From assembly GCA_046290225.1 (NCBI GenBank), contig JBKAGE010000079.1:160001-224000 (forward strand): 64,000 nt of DNA. The letters are read 5' to 3'. The position numbers were made by a program, and so were the translations under genes. Position 1 is the stretch's first letter, and each line of letters starts with the position of its first letter. The DNA comes from Bradymonadia bacterium (GTDB lineage: Bacteria > Myxococcota_A > Bradymonadia > UBA7976 > UBA1532). The notes below the pieces were generated by a model. It was given only the letters and a program-made list of their open reading frames with translations. It did not search any database and was not told the DNA's origin. Positions 29,787-38,330 of the stretch are shown piece by piece.

Positions 29787-32700
29787 TCAGGCCTCCTTCC
29801 AGCAGTCGAGGTCGGGCCATGCCCGCCGCATCCGGGTGAGGGCCACCAGACAGGCGGCCCGCTCGCTCTGACCCCGAGAGCCCAGGAACTCCTGGAGCAG
29901 CGGGGCCGACTTCTCGGCGAAGCCCTGATCTTCCAGGGCGAGATCCCGCACCACGTCCACGAGGGCCAGCTTGGCCTTTCGGGCGGGGAGGGGCGGCAAA
30001 GTACGCTTTTTGCGCTTGCCCTCAGCAGGGCGGGGCAGCTTCGCCGGGGGGATCCCGAAGAGGGTGCGCCTCAAGAAGCTCTGCAGATCGTCGGGGCTCG
30101 CCGGGGGGTTCTCGGGCTTCGCCGGAGCGCCCTGGGGCTTCGGTGCATCTTCGGCCTGTTGCTTCTTGGCGCCGCGGCGCTTCTTCACCTTGGGGGCGGG
30201 GGGGGCCGGGGGCAGCCAGCCCTCGGTGATGCCCCGCTCGCGGTACAGGTGCCAGAGCTGCCGCACCACGAAGGCCCGGACCTGACGGTCGGGGCTCTCG
30301 GTGAGGCGGAAGAGCTCTTCGGGGATGGCCAGCCGGGGGTTCCGGGCGATGAGGGCCATGCCCAGACCTCGGGCCGAGGCGTCGGTGGACTCGCAGAACT
30401 GGTACACCGCGTCGGCGGTGAGCACCTTCGGGTCTACTCGGAAGCGCCGGGTCTCCGTGGACTCCTCGGCGGTGAGGGCCTCGAAGACGAACTGACGGAT
30501 CTCGGGGTAGGGCAGCTCCGACAGCTCGACGAGGGCCTCCATGGGCGGGGACCAGCGGGCGAACTCGTAGCGGCTGTACTCGAGGCCCAGCTGACGCAGC
30601 CGCTCCCGGCTGTCGGCGAGCAGGCCTCTGACCCGGTCGAAGGACAGGAAGTCGTCGGGGATCTCCGCCCCCGGATCGACGTAGCGCTCGGTCTCGATGG
30701 CGCAAATCTCGGGGTGGTGCAGCCGCAGGTAGTGCAGTGCGAACCGGGCGAGGGGCGATTCATCGATGGCCTTGCCGTCGGCGAGCAGCATGGCCCAGAG
30801 GCGCTCACAGCCCGCCTCGGTGCTGCCTTCGTCTGCCTGAGTCGCCTCACCGGAGAGCATCTTCAAGAACGCGGTCTCGGAGATGATCTTGATGGGGGCG
30901 CCGCCGGCCTGCAGCTTCTCGGCCTTGAGCATCTTGCTGCCCTTACGGCCGTTGCCGTAGAGGGGGGAGCCGTCGTCACCGATGACCAGGTAGTCCAGCT
31001 TGCCGTTGACGCCCGAGGCGTTCTTGCCGTTGGCGTCGGTGACCTTCCGCTGCGCCTGAGAGCGGGTCATGGTCATCAGCTTGCCGGTGAAGACGAAGCT
31101 CTGTCCCTCGAGATCGATGTTGATCTCACCGTCGGCACTCGCCTCCTCTGCAGGAGCGTCAGCACCTTCCTCCTTCTCGGCGAAGTCGGCGGGCAAGAAA
31201 GCCTTGGTCATGTAGGTGACGGCGAAGTCGTGGTACCGGGGCTCGGTGCGCTCCACGAGCTGCATCAGCCAGTCGAAGCCCACTTGATCGGCGCTGAACA
31301 GTCGCACGTCGGCGAGCAGTCCGAGGGCGAAGCCCGACAGGCCGTCGGAGAACTCCAGATCTCGAGCCCAGACCCGGCCGCTCTCTTTGAGGGCCTTCAC
31401 CCAGTCGCTCTCCGACCAGGTGCCGTGGAAGGCGATGATCTTGAAGAAGTCGTGACCCACGTCGGCGGGCTTCACCCGGCCTTCGTCGATCCAGCCCTTC
31501 ACCCGGCTCGTGCAAGCGGGGTTCACCAGCGTCCGGCGGATGAACTCCATGTCGTCGGCGGTGATGGGGAACCGCTCCAGAGCGTCGAGGGCGAAGCGGA
31601 CAGCGTAGCGATGGAGCTCCGGCGCGTCGAGCAGATCGCGGTAGTACTGGGCCCCAAGCTTCTTGTCGGGGTGGATCTTCCGCAGCTGCTCGGTGGCGAA
31701 GTTCACCACCTTCGAGTTGTCGGACTTCAGCCGCTCGGCGAACCACTCGGGGGTCAGCTCACGGGCGCCGAAGTGCTTCGCCAGAGAGGCCGTGGCCAGG
31801 TCGTGGCCATAGGGGCTGCCCAGCAGGCGGCCCCAACCGTCGAGGCCCACGTCCTTGCGCGGATCGCGATCACGCAACAGGTCGCGGCTCATCTTGCGCA
31901 CGGCGTCGTGATCGTTGTTCGCCAGGCGGATCAGCTCGTCCAGCTCGAGATCTCGAGCGTGAGTGCGGGCATACTTCGCGGCGTAGCTGCGGGCGTTGTC
32001 CGAAGGGGAGTCGAGCAGCTTCAGCACGGCGGTGTGCAGGCCCTCGGTCCGGAAGGCGCTCTGCTCGAAACGCGGTACATTGTCGAGCAGCCAGATGACG
32101 AACTCGTCGACGATGCGGCTGCCCACCTCGATGAGGCGCACCACCCAGGGGGCCTCCACCTCGCGCAGGCTGGCCCGGAAGTCGGACTTCAGGGCGTCGA
32201 TGGCGAAGCGGCGGGCCTGCTCGGAGTGGGCGCGCTCCAAGAGGCTGAAGAGGGGACGAGGCGAACGACGCCACAGCTCGGCGAAGGCCCGGTACTTGAG
32301 CAGGGTGGACGGACGGCGCCAGTACTTGAAGCCCCGGCGGCCGTACTTGCCCTCCTCATGATAGAAGATGTGGTTCGCCACCCAGGTTTTGAGCCAGTTG
32401 GTGTTCTCCGGGTAGAAGCGGAGCACGTCCACGGCGGCGTCGGCGTAGCACGCCGGCAGGGTCTGGGCGATGCGGCGGAGGGTGCGCCAGCCGCGGCGCA
32501 CCATGTAGCCGATGGTGGCCTTGTGCACATCGCTGCGGCTCGACCAGCGGGCGTAAGCCACGTCGAAGCGGGCTGTGAGGGCGCCGTAGATCTCGTAATC
32601 GCCCCGCTCTTCGGCCTCTTTGAAGATGACCTTCAGCGCCCGCCAGGGCCCCCAGGTGAGGGGCACCTCGGCGATGACCTCCAGCAGGCGTTGCCGGGCG

Positions 32701-33017
32701 TAGGCCCCGTTGTCGCGCCAGAGGGTCATCAGGATCTCGTGCACCCGCAGCCGATCGGGCATGGCCTCTTCGGGGCCAGCCTCGAGCTGAGCGATGAGCG
32801 CCCGGCGGCGGGCGTCGCGCTCGGCGAGCTTCTTCCGCTTGAAGGCGTAGCTTCTCAGCTCACGGTAGACCTCGTCCCAGGTGAGGGTGCCCTCTGGGGG
32901 CGGGGTCTCCGGAGTGGGCGCCGGATCGCGCACGAGGCGGATCACGAGCTGAGAAAGATCGGGATCCCGAGCTTCCCAGGCCCGGCGGACGTCAACGAGT
33001 CCTAGAGTGGTCTCCAC
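29787..33017 (-). CDS. ARM/HEAT protein with internal BRCT domain (module B, gene 1)
   Basis: LEGQSFVFTGKL..TRSQAQ..SGVNGKLDYLVIG..GSK..KA..IISETAFL (~30855-31113) is a LigA/RFC-type BRCT; GAGGAG RBS + GTG. Confidence 0.85.
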   Translation of the reverse strand: METTLGLVDVRRAWEARDPDLSQLVIRLVRDPAPTPETPPPEGTLTWDEVYRELRSYAFKRKKLAERDARRRALIAQLEAGPEEAMPDRLRVHEILMTLWRDNGAYARQRLLEVIAEVPLTWGPWRALKVIFKEAEERGDYEIYGALTARFDVAYARWSSRSDVHKATIGYMVRRGWRTLRRIAQTLPACYADAAVDVLRFYPENTNWLKTWVANHIFYHEEGKYGRRGFKYWRRPSTLLKYRAFAELWRRSPRPLFSLLERAHSEQARRFAIDALKSDFRASLREVEAPWVVRLIEVGSRIVDEFVIWLLDNVPRFEQSAFRTEGLHTAVLKLLDSPSDNARSYAAKYARTHARDLELDELIRLANNDHDAVRKMSRDLLRDRDPRKDVGLDGWGRLLGSPYGHDLATASLAKHFGARELTPEWFAERLKSDNSKVVNFATEQLRKIHPDKKLGAQYYRDLLDAPELHRYAVRFALDALERFPITADDMEFIRRTLVNPACTSRVKGWIDEGRVKPADVGHDFFKIIAFHGTWSESDWVKALKESGRVWARDLEFSDGLSGFALGLLADVRLFSADQVGFDWLMQLVERTEPRYHDFAVTYMTKAFLPADFAEKEEGADAPAEEASADGEINIDLEGQSFVFTGKLMTMTRSQAQRKVTDANGKNASGVNGKLDYLVIGDDGSPLYGNGRKGSKMLKAEKLQAGGAPIKIISETAFLKMLSGEATQADEGSTEAGCERLWAMLLADGKAIDESPLARFALHYLRLHHPEICAIETERYVDPGAEIPDDFLSFDRVRGLLADSRERLRQLGLEYSRYEFARWSPPMEALVELSELPYPEIRQFVFEALTAEESTETRRFRVDPKVLTADAVYQFCESTDASARGLGMALIARNPRLAIPEELFRLTESPDRQVRAFVVRQLWHLYRERGITEGWLPPAPPAPKVKKRRGAKKQQAEDAPKPQGAPAKPENPPASPDDLQSFLRRTLFGIPPAKLPRPAEGKRKKRTLPPLPARKAKLALVDVVRDLALEDQGFAEKSAPLLQEFLGSRGQSERAACLVALTRMRRAWPDLDCWKEA

Positions 33018-33046
33018 GCAGGTCTCCTCGCAGGTTCCTCAAAGGG

Positions 33047-33177
33047 CTCCCCACAGCCGAGCCGTCAGCGCCCGAACATCGGGGCCGACAGATCACCTGT
33101 GAGCAGGCGAACTGTGAAATTGAGGGAGGGCGCGGGTCAGCCACAGGCCCGCGACACCTGCCGCAGGTTGTGGGGAG
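33047..33177 (-). ncRNA. Candidate retron ncRNA B in the leader of module B
   Basis: 12-nt inverted arms 33177-33166 / 33058-33047 with one A.C mismatch, enclosing three hairpins (33131-33153, 33093-33110, 33062-33091); CAACCUGnnGC motif shared with ncRNA A. Confidence 0.55.
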
Positions 33178-33228
33178 ATGGTGAGGGGTGGGCCCATCTC
33201 CAACCTGAGGCACCTACCTCGGATGGAG

Positions 33229-33260
33229 ATGGTCAGACCACATCAGAACAGGCAAGTCAA
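33229..33260 (-). promoter_or_regulatory. Promoter-like motif upstream of module B, similar to the ncRNA A promoter
   Basis: TTGACTTGCCTGTTCTGATGTGGTCTGACCA vs TTGACAAGCTGGTTTTGATTCAATACGGTCTGAACCA; no good -10 at 17 bp. Confidence 0.4.
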
Positions 33261-33288
33261 GCGGTCTCGGGGCGGGCTCGGGGGGGGC

Positions 33289-33325
33289 AAAAAAAGAAGG
33301 GCCTGCGGGGGGTCCGCAAGCCCTT
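33289..33325 (-). terminator. Rho-independent terminator of the porin gene
   Basis: AAGGGCTTGCGG-ACCC-CCGCAGGCCCTT hairpin followed by CTTTTTTT on the minus strand. Confidence 0.85.
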
Positions 33326-33348
33326 GGGGTAAGCCAGAACGGGGCAGG

Positions 33349-34488
33349 TCAGTTGCTGGTGACAACCACACCGATGGTGGTGGACATCCAGGTCTTCTCC
33401 ATGTCGCCATCCTTGCCCACGAAGATCTCGTCGTCGGCGCTCTCGAAGCGCTGGTCGAGGCGGATGATCACGTGGTCGACGGCCCGGTAGTCCAGGGTGA
33501 AGGTGCCCGTGGTCAGCTGGGTGGTGTTGCCGATGTAGAGATCGTCATCCTTGAGCAGCTCACCACGCACGGCGATGCCCACCTTGTCGGTGGCCTGGTA
33601 GCCCACGGCGAGGCTGGCGCCCCAGTAGGTGCTGGACTGCAACTCGCCGGTCTCCTGGTTTCGGCCACTCTCGTCGCCGCTGATGTAGAGATCGAAGTTG
33701 CCCACGACGCTCACCTTGCCGAAGGCGGCGTTGATCACCACATCGACGAAGTGCTCGAAGTCATCCTCGCTCGAGGGCTCATCGGTGTTGCCGAAGCCGC
33801 TGCTGCCAGCGCCGCCGTAGTAACCCACCACCGCAGAAATCGCATCACTCAGCGCAAACGATGCCTGCACACCCACATGGGGGGTCTGGTTGTTATCGAT
33901 GGGGTTATTCGTGCCGTTGACCACCATGAAGGTCAGGCCGAAACTGTCAGATGCAGCGTAGTTGGCCCTGATGCCGGTGTGATAGAAGGGCTGCATCAAG
34001 TAATAGAGAGCACCACGGGTGTAGTTCAGGTTCTCCCAACTATTGGCAACCTCTGCACCATAGATGGTGTTGAACTGACCAAAGTCCAGGGACAGCTTCT
34101 TGCTCTCATATGGAACGAGGGTGACATAAGCCTGGTTGAGAACGGCCCATGTATCATTCCCGTTCTGACCAATCAGTCGAGCAGCGCCTTCGCCAAAGCG
34201 CAGGTCGAGGTGAACAGTCGCTCTCTCGTCTTTGGTCGTATAGGAAGTATCAAAGCCACCGAATGCAGTACCGAAACCATTCGCATAGTCAAATGCGCGA
34301 TGCCCAACCTGTGAGGCTGCCTGAGGGTCATTGGGCTGATTCCAGTCGAACATATAGAAACTGTCGCTGAATACGTGAAACTTGAAGCCCTCTAGGGGGT
34401 TGTCCTCGTGATGTTCAGCCTGTGCAGTTGTTGCAAGAGCAGTCATGCCAAGGATGCAGAGAAGGTTTGCCCGAATCGTCGACAACAT
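33349..34488 (-). CDS. Putative outer-membrane beta-barrel porin (BBP2-like)
   Basis: Signal peptide AQA, QAYV, FGQFNTIYGAEV..ENLNYTRG, PFYHTG, beta-strand pattern; GGAGG RBS. Confidence 0.75.
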   Translation of the reverse strand: MLSTIRANLLCILGMTALATTAQAEHHEDNPLEGFKFHVFSDSFYMFDWNQPNDPQAASQVGHRAFDYANGFGTAFGGFDTSYTTKDERATVHLDLRFGEGAARLIGQNGNDTWAVLNQAYVTLVPYESKKLSLDFGQFNTIYGAEVANSWENLNYTRGALYYLMQPFYHTGIRANYAASDSFGLTFMVVNGTNNPIDNNQTPHVGVQASFALSDAISAVVGYYGGAGSSGFGNTDEPSSEDDFEHFVDVVINAAFGKVSVVGNFDLYISGDESGRNQETGELQSSTYWGASLAVGYQATDKVGIAVRGELLKDDDLYIGNTTQLTTGTFTLDYRAVDHVIIRLDQRFESADDEIFVGKDGDMEKTWMSTTIGVVVTSN

Positions 34489-34722
34489 TGCGCCTCCAGT
34501 ATGTGCCTGACCTCCCTTCGTATGTTTTTGACTCATGAATGAGCGACACGATGATTAATGTACGTGGGTGGGTCATGGCTGACATACCCTCCCCAACCTG
34601 GGTCAGCGTGTCGTTCGCACCTCGGTGCGGGCCTGCCCCCCCTGCAGGGAGTGGCGTAAGCCTCTTTCCTGTGACAACGAGTGGCCGTAAGGTGACGACC
34701 TCTCGAACAGGAGTTGCCCACC

Positions 34723-36837
34723 ATGACCGGCGCCCCGGACCGCGAGCCGTCGAGCCACTCTCACGGTTCGTCCAACTTGCTGCGTCTCTGTCTGTCCAGC
34801 CTGCCCATCCTCGCCCTGCTCCTCGGGGTGCTGGTCTACAAGACCGCCTCTGACGTTCAAGCCCGTCTGCAGGATGTCGGGGAGTCGATCTGGCCCGGCT
34901 ATGCGCTGATCCCCCTCGATCCTCAGGCACCTGCCTGCGACCCGGCGAGCTTCGTGATCCCCACAGCGCCGGTGACCCCCAAGGCTGAAGAAGGTGACGA
35001 CGATCTCCTCGACGACCTCCTGGAAGAGGACGACGAGGACGATCTCTTCGATGACGAAGAAGACGAGGCGATCTCACCGGAGGCGGTGAAGGCGGCGAAG
35101 GCGAAGTGCGAAGCTCAGCATGCAGCCTATCAGGCACAGCTCGCCAAGATCACCGACGGCCTCAAGACGTACAAAGGCGTCGAGGGGTTCTTCGAGGGTG
35201 TGGTGAAGTGGGGCACTGAGCAATTGCCCCTGAGCTTGTTGCTGTTGTTGGTGGTGTGTGGTGCCACGGCGACAGCGGTCCGTGGTCACATCGCTCTGAG
35301 GGCACCTGCCACCCGCCTCGACGATCGAGTGAGCGAGGGGGGCCAGCTCCTGGCCAATGTGCTCCTGCTCTGGTCGTGTTACGCCCGTATGGTCCTTGAA
35401 GGTGATGGTCCTGCTCGAGGCGCCTATATCATCCTCATCGCGGGCTTCGGCATGCTCGCCGCGCTCAACACGTGGCATCTGATCAGACCAGCTGAGTATC
35501 TGAAGCCGGGCGGAAACCTGCTCAAGGGCCTGCTCTCAGTGCCCCTCTATGCCACCATGGCCATCATCTCTGGTGTCTGGTTCTTCGCCATCGAAGATTA
35601 TCCCTCGGGTCTGGCGAACTATCTCACCAAGCTGATGGCCAGTGCTCAGCTGTATCTCTATGTGGGCTTCTATGTCTGGATCGGCATGTTGCTCAAGCAG
35701 ACGCGACTGGCATCACTGGTCTTCTCGATCCTGCGTCCCTGGCGGCTGCCCCCCGAGATCCTGGCCTTCGTGGTCGTGGTGGGCTCAGCGCTGCCCACGG
35801 CCTACAGCGGGGCCTCGGGTATCTTCGTCATCGCTGCAGGTGCCTTGATCTTCGACGAGCTGCGCAAGTCTGGGGCCAGCCGGTCGGTGGCCCTCGCCGC
35901 CACGGCGATGTCTGGCAGCCTCGGGGTGGTGTTGCGGCCGTGTCTGCTGGTGGTCATCGTGGCGTCGCTCAACAGTCAGGTGACGACAGATCAGCTCTAT
36001 ATGTGGGGCTTCAGGGTCTTTGGCCTCACGGCATTGATGTTCCTCGTGGTGACACTCATCAGCCGCCGCAACCCCATCTCCATCGCGCCCCCTGCCCAGG
36101 CGGCGCCAGAGAGCATGCGCCGCCTGCTGCCCCTCGTGCCGTACGCCCTCTTCGGTGTGGCGGTTCTGGCCATCTATGCTGTGGGGCTCAACACCAAGCT
36201 CAACGAGACCTCCCTGCCTTATGTGCTGCCTGTGGTGTTGCTGTGTTTGCTCGCCTACGACCGCTTCGCCGGAAAGCGTCGCCCGCTCGCTGAAGCCCCG
36301 AGCCACGAAGGCGGGTTCACCCGAGGCCTGCTCGGCGCCACCACAGAGACCACCGCTCACATCGGTGCGTTGCTGCTGTTGATGGGGCTCTCGGTGTGCC
36401 TCGGGGGCATCATCGAGCGGGCCGAGATCATGGAAGCGTTCCCCACCGATCTCGGCGGGCCCATGATCACCATGGCGTTGATGGTGGGCCTCCTGGTCCT
36501 CATCGGCATGGTGATGGATCCGTATGGCGCCGTGATCCTGGTCTCTGCTTCGATCGCCACCGTGGCCTATCGCAACGGCATCGAGCCGGTGCACTTCTGG
36601 ATGGTGGTGTTGCTGGCCTTCGAGCTGGGCTATCTGACCCCGCCAGTGGCATTGAATCATCTCCTGGCCAGACAGGTGGTGAGAGAGATCGAGGGACCAG
36701 ACGCAGAGGCTGAAGAGATTGAAGCTTTGGCTGGCGCGTCGTTTTTCCGACGTCATGAACGTGTGCTGGTGCCCATCATCGTCGTGGGGACCAGTTTGGT
36801 GCTCGTGGCCTTCGGGCCGTTGATTGTGGGCTACTAG
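34723..36837 (+). CDS. TRAP transporter large permease (DctM-like) with N-terminal extension
   Basis: Many TM helices, SGASG, GMVMDPYGA, FELGYLTPPVALN. Confidence 0.8.
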   Translation: MTGAPDREPSSHSHGSSNLLRLCLSSLPILALLLGVLVYKTASDVQARLQDVGESIWPGYALIPLDPQAPACDPASFVIPTAPVTPKAEEGDDDLLDDLLEEDDEDDLFDDEEDEAISPEAVKAAKAKCEAQHAAYQAQLAKITDGLKTYKGVEGFFEGVVKWGTEQLPLSLLLLLVVCGATATAVRGHIALRAPATRLDDRVSEGGQLLANVLLLWSCYARMVLEGDGPARGAYIILIAGFGMLAALNTWHLIRPAEYLKPGGNLLKGLLSVPLYATMAIISGVWFFAIEDYPSGLANYLTKLMASAQLYLYVGFYVWIGMLLKQTRLASLVFSILRPWRLPPEILAFVVVVGSALPTAYSGASGIFVIAAGALIFDELRKSGASRSVALAATAMSGSLGVVLRPCLLVVIVASLNSQVTTDQLYMWGFRVFGLTALMFLVVTLISRRNPISIAPPAQAAPESMRRLLPLVPYALFGVAVLAIYAVGLNTKLNETSLPYVLPVVLLCLLAYDRFAGKRRPLAEAPSHEGGFTRGLLGATTETTAHIGALLLLMGLSVCLGGIIERAEIMEAFPTDLGGPMITMALMVGLLVLIGMVMDPYGAVILVSASIATVAYRNGIEPVHFWMVVLLAFELGYLTPPVALNHLLARQVVREIEGPDAEAEEIEALAGASFFRRHERVLVPIIVVGTSLVLVAFGPLIVGY

Positions 36838-36849
36838 AGAGAGTGCTGA

Positions 36850-38265
36850 ATGCGTGTTTATGATCTCTGTGTGATCGGCAGCGGCCCAGCAGGGCAGCGG
36901 GCGGCGATCCAGGCCGCCAAGCTCGGCCGGTCGGTGTGTGTGGTGGAGAAGCGCATCCTCGGTGGGGTGGCCATCAACACAGGCACCATCCCTTCGAAGG
37001 CGTTGAGAGAGGCCATCATGGCCGAGCTGCAACGCAGCCGGGGGCTGTTCAAGCCCGGTGGCGATCTCAAAACCCGGCGCAACGACACCTTTCAGGGGTT
37101 GCTCGGGGCGTGTCAGCAGGTGATCCAGCACGAGGTCGACCTCGTGCGGACGCACTTCGGCGGCAATGGCGTGGAGCTCTTCGAGGGTGAGGCCAGCTTC
37201 GTGGACCAGCACAATGTGCTGATCAAGCGGGAGCACTCCAACGAGACCATTCAGGCCGAGAACATCCTGGTCTCCGTGGGCACTCAGCCCGCGCGGCCGC
37301 CCGATCTCGTCTTCGACGGCGAGAACGTCATCACCTCTGACCAGCTCGTGTCGCTGCCTTACATGCCGCAGTCGATGATCGTCGTGGGCGGTGGGGTGAT
37401 CGGCACCGAGTACGCTTCGATGATCAGCGCCCTCGGGGTGCGGACCACCCTCGTGGAAGGCCGCGATCGTTTGCTGGGCTTCGTGGATCGGGAGATCGTT
37501 GAGGCGTTGCAGTACCACCTGCGCGTCGGCGGTATGACGTTGCGTCTCGGCGAGCGGGTGGTGAACGTTTCGGTCATCGATCCACCCCCGGGTGCTCGCA
37601 GCTACAATGGCAAGATGGTGCAGGCCACCCTCGAGAGTGGGAAGATGCTCCGCGCCGATTGCCTGCTCTATTGTGTGGGTCGCCAGGGCGCCACGGGCAA
37701 GCTCGGCCTCGAGAACTGCAACCTCGAAGCTGATCATCGTGGTCGGCTGAAGGTGAACGACGTCTTCCAGACCGAGGTGCCTCACATCTACGCCTGTGGC
37801 GACGTCATCGGGTTCCCTGCTCTGGCGTCCACCTCCATGGAGCAGGGCCGCCTCGCGGCGTGCCACATGTTCGGCGAGCCGACACAGTCGGTGCCTGAGC
37901 TGCTGCCTTTCGGCATCTATGCTGTGCCGGAGATCTCCATGGTGGGGTGGACCGAGTCCAAGCTCACAGAGAAGGGCATCCCCTACGAGGCAGGCATCGC
38001 CCAGTATCGAGAGATCGCCCGAGGCCAGCTGCTCGGCGATGACATCGGCATGTTGAAGATGCTGATCCACCAGGAGACGCGAGAGATCCTCGGCGTGCAT
38101 TGCATCGGTACAGGTGCCACCGAGCTGGTGCACATCGGCCAGGCGGCCATCGCCTTCAAGGCCACGGTGGACTACTTCGTGAACACCGTCTTCAACTATC
38201 CCACCCTGGCTGAGTGCTACAAAGTGGCCGCCCTCAACGGCATGAACAAGCTCAGGTGTATCTGA
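36850..38265 (+). CDS. sthA: Soluble pyridine nucleotide transhydrogenase
   Basis: GSGPAG, TGTIPSKALRE without redox cysteines, GGGVIG.EYAS, GDVIGFPALAS, FNYPTLAECYKVAALNG. Confidence 0.93.
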   Translation: MRVYDLCVIGSGPAGQRAAIQAAKLGRSVCVVEKRILGGVAINTGTIPSKALREAIMAELQRSRGLFKPGGDLKTRRNDTFQGLLGACQQVIQHEVDLVRTHFGGNGVELFEGEASFVDQHNVLIKREHSNETIQAENILVSVGTQPARPPDLVFDGENVITSDQLVSLPYMPQSMIVVGGGVIGTEYASMISALGVRTTLVEGRDRLLGFVDREIVEALQYHLRVGGMTLRLGERVVNVSVIDPPPGARSYNGKMVQATLESGKMLRADCLLYCVGRQGATGKLGLENCNLEADHRGRLKVNDVFQTEVPHIYACGDVIGFPALASTSMEQGRLAACHMFGEPTQSVPELLPFGIYAVPEISMVGWTESKLTEKGIPYEAGIAQYREIARGQLLGDDIGMLKMLIHQETREILGVHCIGTGATELVHIGQAAIAFKATVDYFVNTVFNYPTLAECYKVAALNGMNKLRCI

Positions 38266-38330
38266 GCGTATTCGGGCGCACCCACAGCTCTATCGATTGA
38301 GACCTGTGCCAACAGGAGCTATGCCGTTGT

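Noticed and set aside
27123..33005. 1960-aa plus-strand ORF (also 23598-26486, 21631-23625, 20102-21463, 55158-58661, 35785-38133)
   Set aside because: Antisense shadows of real high-GC3 genes; no recognisable motifs.
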